Shown piece by piece: positions 52,027 through 62,529 of a stretch of 64,000 nt of DNA (its first letter is position 1; the number at the start of each line of letters is the position of its first letter). The notes below the pieces were generated by a model. The model saw nothing but the letters and a program-made list of their open reading frames with translations, was not told where the DNA came from and did not search any database. The stretch is taken from positions 186,001 to 250,000 of the forward strand of contig NC_043025.1 of the NCBI RefSeq assembly GCF_006345805.1, given 5' to 3'. A program made the translations under genes and the position numbers. Source of the DNA: Octopus sinensis (lineage: Eukaryota).

Positions 52027-52750
52027 ATGGTGAAAAGCTATGGTGGTGTATGTGGTCGAAGTGGAAGCAATGATAATGCTGATGATAATGTTTGTAGTCG
52101 TAGTGGTGGTGTTAGTGGTAGGATATTTGTGGTGGTGGTGGTGGTGGTGGTGATGTATTTAATTGCTTCAAATGATTCCTGTTTTGAAAGGGTTTTTTTT
52201 TTTTAATTATATGGCCGTGTTATCTTTTTTTACCCTCGCCAAGGAGGTTATATTTCTGCTGATGTTTGTTTGAGAAATTGGCTATTTTTGGGGCATTCGT
52301 GTATATGGGTGGAAATGGGTTGCTTGGCGGAGGTCTGCGCTCTTTGGGTGCCTTTCTAGTTCATTCTAATTTATTCTTTTATTTATTCGATATTCTCTCG
52401 CTTCGAACCAAGCAGTTTCGTCTGCGCACATGCATCAAAATGTGGACACCGTCTGCTGCACATTTAGACGCATTCTTTTATTGTATTAGGTTCGCCCGGC
52501 TTGAAACAAACTTTCCCACACTATGAATAGTTGATTGTGTTGAATATATTTTCTTTGAAAAGCCGGAAAGCTTTGCGAGAGAATAAGACATGAGGCTATT
52601 CTTTCATTTAACAGGGGTGTGCGTACATACTTGCATGCGCACCAATATATAAGCGTATACATAGATATACACACTTACACATACACTTGCACACACGCAA
52701 AAATTCACCTACATTCTCTCTCCCCTCCCACTGCTCTCTCACCTTGTCTC

Positions 52751-53010
52751 ACCTCATTATATATTACTGTATGCTCCCCCTTTCTTGCTTTCTCTCTCCC
52801 CCTCCCACCTCATTATATATTACTGTATGCTCCCCCTTTCTTGCTTTCTCTCTCCCCCTCCCACCTCATTATATATTACTGTATGCTCCCCCTTTCTTGC
52901 TTTCTCTCTCCCCCTCCCACCTCATTATATATTACTGTATGCTCCCCCTTTCTTGCTTTCTCTCTCCCCCTCCCACCTCATTATATATTACTGTATGCTC
53001 CCCCTTTCTT
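52751..53010. repeat. 56-bp minisatellite, about 5 copies
   Basis: acctcattatatattactgtatgctccccc at 52751, 52807, 52863, 52919, 52975. Confidence 0.95.
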
Positions 53011-53161
53011 TTCTCTCTCTCCCTTTCGATCTGTATATTGCTACGTCATTCCGCTTTTCTTAATCTCCCTCCTACCTCATGCTCTCTCTATCTCTCTCCC
53101 CCACTCATATGTATTACTATATCATTCCGCCTCATCTATTCTCTTACCTTATACCCTCTCG

Positions 53162-53200
<39 letters not shown>

Positions 53201-53520
53201 TCCCTCCCTCCTACAACACACAACAATCGACACATCCCTCTTTGTCTCTCAGCCCCTCATAATATATCTTTTTTAACCACTCCGCCTCCCTTGCTTTATC
53301 TCTTACCTCACCCTTACCCTCAATTTCTCTATCTCAGTCTCTCCCTGTCCCTTCATATGCAAGTCTGTCTGTCTGTCTCTCCCTCTCCCTCTCTCCCTCT
53401 GTCTGTCTGTCTCTCTTTCTCCCTTCCTTTCTTTCTTCTTCTCCCTCCCCTCTCTCTTTATTACCTCATTATATATTAACACTTTTTTCTCTTTGTCTCT
53501 CTACTCATACTGTCCCCCCT

Positions 53521-54257
53521 CTTTTACTTTTATTGTGTGGCCATGCTGGAGCACCGTCTTTAGTCGAGCAAATCGACCCCAGGACTTATTCTTTGTAAGC
53601 CTAGTACTTATTCTTTCTTTCTCTTTTTCCGAACCGCTAAGTTACGGGGACAAACACAAACAAACATATACACTCACATACATATATATATACATATATG
53701 CAACGGGCTTCTTTCAGTTTCCGTCTACCAAATCCACTCTCAAAGCATTGGTCGGCCCGAGGCTATAGTAGAAGACACTTGCCCAAGGTGCCACGCAGTA
53801 GGACTGAACCCGTAACCAGGTGGTTGGTAAGCAAGCTACTTACCACACAGCCACTCCTGCGCCCCCTCTTTTACTTTTACTTTTATTCTGTGGCCATACT
53901 GGAGCACCGTCTTTAGTCGAGCAAATCGACCCCAGGACTTATTGTTTGTAAGCCTAGTACTCATTCTTTCGTTCTCTTTTTCCGAACCGCTAAGTTACGG
54001 GGACGTAAACACACCAGCATCGGTTGTCAAGCGATGTTGGAGGGGGGGACAAACACAAACAAACATATACACTCACATACATATATATATGCATATATGC
54101 AACGGGCTTCTTTCAGTTTCCGTCTACCAAATCCACTCACAAGGCTTCGGTTGGCCCGAGGCTATAGTAGAAGACACTTGCCCAAGGTGCCACGCTGTGG
54201 GACTGAACCCAGAACCATGTGGTTCGTTAGCAAGCTACTTACCACACAGCCGCTCCT
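53521..54257 (-). mobile_element. Tandem pair of SINE family B copies (local duplication)
   Basis: Both share private variants (caccgtcttt; acatatacactcacatac; gcaacggg); the first lacks about 50 bp. Confidence 0.85.
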
Positions 54258-54641
54258 AAGTTTCTTTCCTTATTTCTTTCTCTCTTCCTTTAATTCTTAC
54301 TTCCTTATTTACTTTGTCTTTCCTCTCCCTCCCTTTCCTTGTTTCCTTCTTCCTTCCTTCCTTACCTCCTTTCTTCTTTCCTTCATTTATTTCCTTCTTC
54401 CTTCCTTTAATTATTTCTTTCATTCTTTTTTCTCTTCTTTATTTCTTTCTTTCTCTCATTCCCTTTCTCATTTTTTCTTTCACTCTTATGTCATACTTTA
54501 TGACAGAATAACGTCGCGTTTTCCCCTCCCTCCTCTCTCCTTCTTTCTTTCTTCATTTCATTCTTTTCCTTTCTCTTCTTCTTCCTTTAATTCTATTTTC
54601 CTTCCTTTCTTTCTCCCCCTCTCTCTCCCTCACGCAATCTA

Positions 54642-54893
54642 TTGGGTTGGGGCATAATTATTGCAGCTTTTTTTAACAAATTTTATTCAATAAAAATATT
54701 ATAACAACATGTAACAAAACCATCTTTAAATGATTATTCCGGAGCATATTCACCATCTACCTCAGTTACTGCTTGCCATTTGCTTGACAGACGGTCAGAC
54801 CGTCATTTAAAGATGTTTTTGTTAAATATTGTTATTGTTTTCGTTGAATAAATTTTTTGGAAAAAAAAAGACAATAATTACACCCTAACCCAA
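54642..54893 (-). mobile_element. Mariner MITE, second copy, 252 bp
   Basis: TA|ttgggttggggcataattattgc...aataattacaccctaacccaa|TA; minus strand reads DRLSSKWQAVTEVDGEYAPE*. Confidence 0.88.
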
Positions 54894-55346
54894 TAATTAT
54901 CTCCTTCGCATAATTATTTCGGCCTTTGTTAGAGAAACTGACCTCTATATTGTCTCGCATCATTCCGGAAGCAGCAAGCAACGACTTGTAGCGGCACAAG
55001 CAGCAAGCACCATATTGGATGAGATCTCGCGGCAGCCATTGCCATCTACGAGACCTGAGCGATACCCCACCTGTATCCATTTGCCATGCGCGAGGTCACA
55101 ACGAGGCTCGCGATGGAAACTATATAAACGGAAAACCGATTCAGACCTGTCTCTTTTGGCGCCACCCCCACAGCAGCACTGGCTGAGGCTTTCTACCTGT
55201 CCATCTTCAGAGGAAATGCGCCCACACTATCGGAGCTTAAGATGGTAGCTGAGAGCAGCACACTTCATTTTGCCTTCCATTATTAAAGACTTTCAAATTT
55301 GTAATGTTTTTCATATTGTTTGGTCTGTCCTTTTTGTAAATTCTAA

Positions 55347-55349
<3 letters not shown>

Positions 55350-55387
<38 letters not shown>

Positions 55388-55650
55388 TGTGTGTGTGTGT
55401 GTGTGTGCGCGTGTGTGTGCGCGTGTGTGTGTGTGTATGTTTGTGTGTCTGTGTTTGTCTCCCCAACATCGCTTGACAACCAATGCTGGTGTGTTTATGT
55501 CTCCGTAACTTAGCGGTTAGGAAATAGATACTCATAGAATAAGTACTAGGCTTACAAAGAATAACTCCCGGGGTCGATTTGCTCTAGTGAAGGCGGTGCT
55601 TCAGCATGGCCACAGTCAAATGACTGAAACAAGTAAAAGAGTAAAAGAGC
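55350..55650 (+). mobile_element. (GT)n plus SINE family B 3' half
   Basis: gtgtttgtctccccaacatcgcttgacaacc...caagtaaaagagtaaaagag. Confidence 0.85.
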
Positions 55651-55689
55651 ACAATATGCTTAAGCCATGTTAAAAAAGAAAAGCAGTTA

Positions 55690-56120
55690 TTGTTTTATAC
55701 AGTCGTCACAACTGTCCAGAGCCTCTTTGAACAGGGGAGTGGTGGGCAGTTGAATGACATCTTGTGGTAGCTTGTTCCACGGGGCTGCGATACGGATGGA
55801 GAATGTAGCCTTTTGCCTGTTGAGTCGAAAGTGTCGGGGATAGAGTTTCCAATCGTGCTCACGAAAACCCCTATCCGGCGCAGGGGTGAAAAACTCCGCA
55901 AATGGTAGATTTATATTCCCGTTGAAGATGTTGAAAGCTGGGATGAGTTCTCCCCGCATTCTCCGTTGTTCGAGTGAAGGTAATGCCAGCCGTTGGAGAC
56001 GTTCCTCATCCGTAAGCTTAGACAGGCCCACGATCATTCCGTTGGCTAAGTGTTGAACCCGTTCTAGGTGCTGAATGTCTTTCTGGAGATATGGGTTTGA
56101 GGCCTGGATGCATAGTTACC
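55690..56120 (-). mobile_element. CR1-clade LINE C-terminal fragment (a different family)
   Basis: PYLQKDIQHLERVQ...EERLQRLALPSLEQRRMRGELI...FSIRIAAPWNKLP...FKEALD. Confidence 0.88.
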
Positions 56121-56149
56121 GTTTTTATTAAATATTTTGAGATCATTTG

Positions 56150-56490
56150 GAGATCAATTGCTTTTATAAATACTTTGGAAACCTTTCGAGCGTGATCGTT
56201 ACCAACGTCACGTCACTGACCTCCTGTGCCGGTGGCATGTGTAAAAAGATTTGCGTGAGGTCATTGCCAGTACCGCCTGACTGGCCCCCGTGCCGGTGGC
56301 ACGTAAAAATCACCTACTACACTCTCGGAGTGGTTGGCGTTAGGAATGGCATCAAGTTGTAGAAACTCTGCCGGATCAAGATTGGAGCCTGGTGCAGCCA
56401 TCTTGTTCACCAGCCCTCAGTCAAAATCGTCCAACCCATGCTAGCATGGAAAGCGGACGTTAAACGATGATGATGATGATGAGGATGATG
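56150..56490 (+). mobile_element. SINE family D with (GAT)n tail
   Basis: gtgccggtggcacgtaaaa...ggagtggttggcgttagg...gcatggaaagcggacgttaaacgatgatgatg. Confidence 0.75.
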
Positions 56491-56886
56491 ATTTGGAAAC
56501 ATCCTTCAATTCTCATATGAAAAACAAACAAAATTTGAAGTCATTTGGTTTCTGTTTCTAGCGTGAAGATTGATCACATGTAGGAAATGTTCTAATACAT
56601 GCTTCTTAAACTGTCCTTCAATTGAAAGTAAATGCAAGTTTGAAGGTAATTGGTTGTATTTTCTAGCAGGATATGAAATCATATGTGGGGAAATATTTTT
56701 GTAGTTGATCTGTAAAGTGTCCTTTAGAGAGAGAGAGAAAGATATGGGGAGAGAGAGATAAAGTGAGAGAAGAGAGGGAGTGAGAGAGAAGGAAAAGAAA
56801 GTGGAACATAAAGAGACAGAGGGTGAGAGAAGGGGAGGGATATATAGTTTAGCGAGAGAGGGAGGGGGTAAAAGTATATATATATA

Positions 56887-58982
56887 CTAGCAGCATAGCC
56901 CGGCGTTTCCCGGGTATGTAAGAGCCCCTAGTAGGCAACGACTAATCCCAATCTAGTCCTTTCCCTCTAGGGAACGAAGGTGCGTGTGTAGGTTGCAATG
57001 TCTTCTCTTCACTCCCAAATAACTATCAAACAGCTATCGATAATTCAACCCAACCAATTCCTACTAGGAAGAAATTACGTTCGAGACTTTAACCCCAACA
57101 CCGCCACTTCTGCTGCAGCCGCAAGTTATTCGAATACTTTTTTTGTTTAAACTTTCTTTATAACTACCACCCCAAACGTTTTACCTTAAATTTTTGATGT
57201 ACCCTAAGGGTCCTCGGACGCTACTTGCAAACTCTTGGTTTATTATAAACCGCTTTTGTCGTGTGCACCAAAAACCTTTTCCATTTGTTTGTTCAGTTTG
57301 GTCACTTTTGACTTTTTCGTTGTTGTCACTCACATTGCTGCCCGCTTTTTTGCCATTTTTGTACATTTTTATACATTTTGGGATACTTACCCCACATGTT
57401 CCGAGAGTTAAAAAGGTCGAGTTGCGTCCCCTAGACAGTCTGTAGAAAATGTGTTGCATATAAAAAGCTTAGATTCTCGACCCCATGTCGAATTTATCGA
57501 TTTTTTTTCAGAACTGGGGGAACTTTTTAAAATTTTCACTGCGTTAGTTTTGAATTATGACATTGGGCTATGTGCGTGTCAAGTTTCATCAGAATCGGTT
57601 GAAAGCCGTGGTCAGGGTGAGGGTACAACCTGACAGACACACACTTGCAAGTCGGGTAGAACGGTCGCTAGTAGTTTCAGATGCCTGAGCAGCGGCATAA
57701 CGGGAAGCTGTTTGCGAGAGGCGCAAGGCGGTTTCCTCGTGGGTCTCGCGTGCCCTTCTAGCCCTAGCAGCCGATGCCTTGGCCGTCCGAGGGCTGAGGA
57801 GGGTCCTTCTCTTCTTGGGTGGCATTTTGGTGGATAGCAATGTGTTTGGCAAAGGTGTAATAAAAAGGAACACGTGGGGTAAGTATTTTGGTGGATAGCA
57901 ATGTGTTTGGTAAAGGTGTAATAAAAAGGAGCTCGTGGGGTAAGTATCCGAAAATGTATAAAAATGTACAAAAACGGCCAAAAAGCTGGCAGCAATGTGA
58001 GTGACAACAACGAAAAAGTCAAAAGTGACCAAACTGAACAAACGAAAGGAAAAGTTTTTTTGGTGCACACGACAAAAGTGTTTTATAATAAACCAAGAGT
58101 TTGCAAGTAGCGTCCGAGGACCGTTAGGGTACGTCAAAAATTGAAGGTAAAACGTTTGGGGTGGTAGTTATAAAGAAAGTTTAAACCCAAAAAGTATTCG
58201 AATAACTTGCGGCTGCAGCAGCTATTAGCAGAAGTGGCGGTGTTGGGGGTAAAGTCTCGAATGTAATTTCTTCCTGGTAGGAATTGGTTGGATCGAATTA
58301 TCGATAGCTAAAAAGGTCAAGTTGCGTCCCCTAGACAGTCTGGTTTGTGTTTAATACACAAATTTGTTTGCTATGTGTGCCACATATGATTAAATTAACC
58401 GATTTTTTCCAATAATGTATCCTATTGGAATAAAAAGGGCTATATAGCTCCTTGGAGCAGACATGATGCTCGTTGTGAAAAAAAAAAAGATTCCTGCCAA
58501 TTTGTGAAAGATATTGTCGAAAATATGTCATCTTGAATTTGAACGCGATTTCCCAAAATGGCATGATTTTATCGATTGTTTCTGATGGTAAGGTATTGCA
58601 TGGAAAACTAACGTCAGAATTGAGTTTCTTAGGGTAACATTAAGCTTCACCATGAGTTTGGTGAAAATCGATTGCAAGTTGTGAAAACTACCATTGCATA
58701 AACTACCGTTGCATAAAAAAAGCTTAGATTCTCGAGTTGCGTCCCCTAGACAGTCTGTGGTTCATGTTTATGATTCTCGACCCCATGTCGAATTTATCAA
58801 TTTTTTTCAGAACTGGGGGAACTTTTCAAAATTTTCGCTTCGTTAGTTTTGAATTATGACATTGGGCTATGTGTGTGTCAAGTTTCATCAGAATCGGTTG
58901 AAAGCCGTGGTCAGGGTGAGGGTACGAGAAAACAGACACACAGAAGCACGCACAGACAAACTGCCGTTTATATATAGAGAGA
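56887..58982 (-). mobile_element. Composite non-autonomous Helitron, 2.1 kb, with a duplicated head, an internal inverted repeat and a RepHel N-terminal relic
   Basis: Minus strand A|TC start (58982); cccgggaaacgccggg hairpin and CTAG|T end (56887); 57446-57645 repeats 58720-58940; 57031-57395 is inverted vs 57936-58310; MPPKKRR...ETHEETALRL...ETTSDRSTRL at 57825-57643. Confidence 0.82.
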
Positions 58983-58987
58983 TATAT

Positions 58988-59390
58988 ACTCTTTTACTCT
59001 TTTACTTGTTTCAGTCATTTGACTGCGGCCATACTGCAGCACCGCCTTTAATCGAGCAACTCGACCCCGGGACTTTTTCTTTTGTAAGCCCAGTACTTAT
59101 TCAATCGGTCTGTTTTGCCGAACCGCTAGTTGACGTGTACATAAACTCACCAGCATCGGTTGTCAAGCAATGCTAGGGGGACAAACACAGATACACAAAC
59201 ACACACACGCATATATATACATATATACGACGGGCTTCTTTCAGTTTCCGTCTACCAAATCCACTCACAAGGCTTTGGTTGGCCCGAGGCTATAGTAGAA
59301 GACACTTGCCCAAGGTGCCATGCAGTGGGACTGAACCCGGAACCATGTGGTTGGTAAACAAGTTACTTACCACACAGCCACTCCTGCGCC
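58988..59390 (-). mobile_element. SINE family B, full length
   Basis: actcttttactcttttacttg...cagccactcctgcgcc. Confidence 0.9.
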
Positions 59391-59400
59391 GAAATATATA

Positions 59401-59560
59401 TATTTCGTCTGTCTTAATGTTCTGAGTTCAAATTCCGCCGCAGTCAACTTTGTCCTTTACCTTTTCGGGGTCGATAAACTAAGTACCAGTTGCTTACTGG
59501 GGTCGATCTATTCAACTGGACTCCTCCCCCAAAATTTTGGGCCTTGCGCCTAGAATTTAA
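59401..59560 (+). mobile_element. SINE family A, 5'-truncated, tail-2 type
   Basis: tatttcgtctgtc...gagttcaaattccgcc...cccccaaaattttgggccttgcgcctag. Confidence 0.8.
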
Positions 59561-59592
59561 AAGACTCTGTGTGTGTGTGTATGTGTGTGTGT

Positions 59593-59649
<57 letters not shown>

Positions 59650-59676
59650 AATGTGTTTTGAAAGGCACAAGAAAGC

Positions 59677-59864
59677 ACTATAATAACTGTTATAATTTAA
59701 TCATCCATAGTTTGATACAAAATTTCGGGATATAAAAATTCCTTCTTCAGATATCCCTAGGAATTGATCGAGTCACTGCTACAATCGGTTTTCCAATGGT
59801 TTTTTCTATATTCCGAAATGTTGTATCAGACTATGGATGATTAAATTATAACAGTTATTATAGT
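59677..59864. mobile_element. MITE-like element with about 55-bp TIRs
   Basis: actataataactgttataatttaatcatccatagt / actatggatgattaaattataacagttattatagt; no TSD identified. Confidence 0.7.
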
Positions 59865-59960
59865 CCATAGTTGTTATTATAGTGCACTGTTGTGCCATTC
59901 AAGACACTTTATATTTTTTACAAACAATATACAATGCTTCAAGCGAATGACAATACACTC

Positions 59961-60011
<51 letters not shown>

Positions 60012-60114
60012 ACAGAGAAAGAGAGAGAGAGAGAGAGAGCAAATGTTATAAAGGTTTTAGTAAGAGTGTGGGAGAATGTTGTGTTGGAGAGAAGGCAGAA
60101 GTAGCGGTGTTTCT

Positions 60115-60500
60115 CGAAGTGTCCTTCCAGTTACAACTGAAAAACTATAAACTTTGAAGGACTTGCTTTCTGTTTCTAGTAAGATGTGAGAAAATATGTT
60201 GGTCTCTTTCTTTTATAAATTCTTCTCAATTGTCCTTCAAATTTTTATATGACAAACATAGTGAATTGAAAGTCACACGGCTTCTATTTCTAGAATGAAG
60301 AATACCACATATGGGAAAAGATTTTTAAAATGCTTCTTAATGTCCCTTTTAATTATTTAATGGAAACAAATGTAAATTTGTGTGCAGTTGGCTGTTATTT
60401 CTAGCATAATGTGAAATCATGTAGAGGACAATTATTTTAATAAATGCTTCTTAAATTGTCCTTCAATGCTTGCACTATTTAATTTCTTCAATTATAAACT
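60115..60500. repeat. Degenerate tandem repeat, 110-116 bp period (related copy at 56495-56725)
   Basis: tttCTAG at 60176, 60290, 60401; gtcc(t/c)t at 60121, 60232, 60342, 60458. Confidence 0.7.
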
Positions 60501-60872
60501 TACAAAGTATTTATGTAATTAGTCATTAGTTAAATAATTAATTATTTAAATTAAGCTGCACCAAAATTTAAATCAGAGAATTGTTAGAAATAAAAGAGAG
60601 GAAGAGGAGAGGGAGGGTAATAATATAATGAAGAGGAGGAGGGAGATAGAGAGGAAGAAAGGAAATAGAGATGGATACCTAGGGAAGGGGAGGGACACGT
60701 TAATGTATGAGGTTAGAGAGAGGAAGAGAAACTGATATATAGTATCAGTAAGTGAGGGAGGGGATGAGGTGAGCGGTATGGCAAGGGAGGCGGGGTTTAA
60801 AATAAATATATAATGAAGTGGAGGAGGGAGAGAGGAGACAAAGAGGGAGAAGTCGATTGCTATGTTTTGTAG

Positions 60873-60912
<40 letters not shown>

Positions 60913-61298
60913 GGATGGAAATAGAAGGCAAGAGAGGGAGAGGCACTGTAATATATAATGAGGCGGGAAGAGAGATACTGTTAGCTACAGAGAGAGAAGG
61001 CAAACGATAAATACATTTACTAATAGAGGAAGGGTAAGAGGTAAGAGGGGTGGAGTCAGTCCACATTAAATGGGGTGAGGGTGTTTACTGAGAGAGGGAG
61101 AGTCAGAGGTAAGGAATATATAACGAAGGGCGGGGAAGTAGAGAGTCAGAGCAAGGATAATAACTCTTACCACAACCCTTTTTGCTTTAAACTGTTTTCC
61201 TTTTTATTGAGTCTAATGAAATCTGTTTTCTTGCGCAAACTCTACAGGTTTCCAAATATGATTTAATGAGAATAACACATCGATGTGTTTATAACACA

Positions 61299-61677
61299 CT
61301 GGCAGTATCGCCCGGCGTTGCTCGGGTTTGTAAGGGAAATAACTGTATAAGCATTTTTAGAGAGTTATAGCCAAAAAATAGCAAAAAATGCATTATAATT
61401 TTTTTTTAAATCGTTGACTCATCGAAGACATTTCTAGAGAGTTACTTCCCTTATATAATAGCGAAAAATGCATTAAAATGGAAAAAAATGATGGTAATTT
61501 TTTTTTTAATCGTAGACTCATCGTAGACGTACGCTAATACCCAGAAGGGATCGATATGAATCACGACTATAAGATACCCGGTTTTGGTAAACTGCACCGC
61601 AAAATGTGGGAGTTGGGAGTAGTTAGGAATCTAAATCGTAGGAGACAGACACACAACCTTACTTTTATATATAAAGA
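61299..61677 (-). mobile_element. Non-autonomous Helitron, same family as 33641-34024
   Basis: ctggcagtatcgcccggcgttgctcggg ... tttatatataaaga|t; terminal CTAG mutated. Confidence 0.85.
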
Positions 61678-62529
61678 TTATCAATAAATATCGAACACCT
61701 TTCTACGTCACTGATTCGTTTTTCGCTTGACATCTCACAATTTCGCTTTTTTACACTTTCGTTTCTTAGTCTTTAATTAGTTTCCAGGGAACACAAATTA
61801 AGGAAAAGTATTAAGTTAGCCTCTCTTAGCAACACACAACACACGCTTTCTGTCTCGCAACCCCCATCGACACATACACACATCCATATCCATTTCTCTC
61901 TCTTTCACTTTATGCTGCCTCAAAGTCTGTCATTTTCACCTACGAAAATAAATAAATAAATTTTAATGAATTTACCGAGCGCTGTAACTTAACAGTTGAT
62001 TAAAGTGACATTTCCCCGAGTTATATCGAAGGATCGCCTATATGTGTGTATGTAGTAGTTGAGAAATGTATCATAAGATTTATAAATGTATTATTATCAG
62101 CTGATTAAGAGAAATTCACTCAAAGGACATTTCCCCAGGTGTCAACAGCAAGTAGGAATCACGTTCAATCTCCTCTGAAATATTTCTGACAGTTAACCTT
62201 TCTTATGCCATTAATTATATTTATATGTTTCTTTGAGTATTAATATCTGACTGTACTGATTCATTCTATCGGATGCTGTTACACGTCGCTGCTCACGATG
62301 CCCTTCCAGTTCTTTCTTGATTGGGTCATTCTGTGCCATCTTCGCCCAAATATTTCAACTGTCTTGATGTCTTCATTAAATCATTCTCGCAAAATCATGT
62401 CTTAACTAGACATGTCTGTATTGTTATGAGAACATAACTATATAAATGTGACACTTCAAAACGATAGGCATTTTTACCTCCGCCTAAATTCGGGGGTTAG
62501 TTTCGTAGATTTTAAACACAGCAACAATT

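Larger units (their letters stand above)
46938..52695. repeat. Higher-order tandem duplication containing both arrays
   Basis: Flank tctagttcattctaatttattc... starts at about 46938, 49099 and 52355; 48766-49457 is near-identical to 52026-52695. Confidence 0.92.

Noticed and set aside
52619-53479. 286-aa ORF with repeats
   Set aside because: Read-through of a 56-bp minisatellite and CT-rich DNA; 56 is not a multiple of 3.
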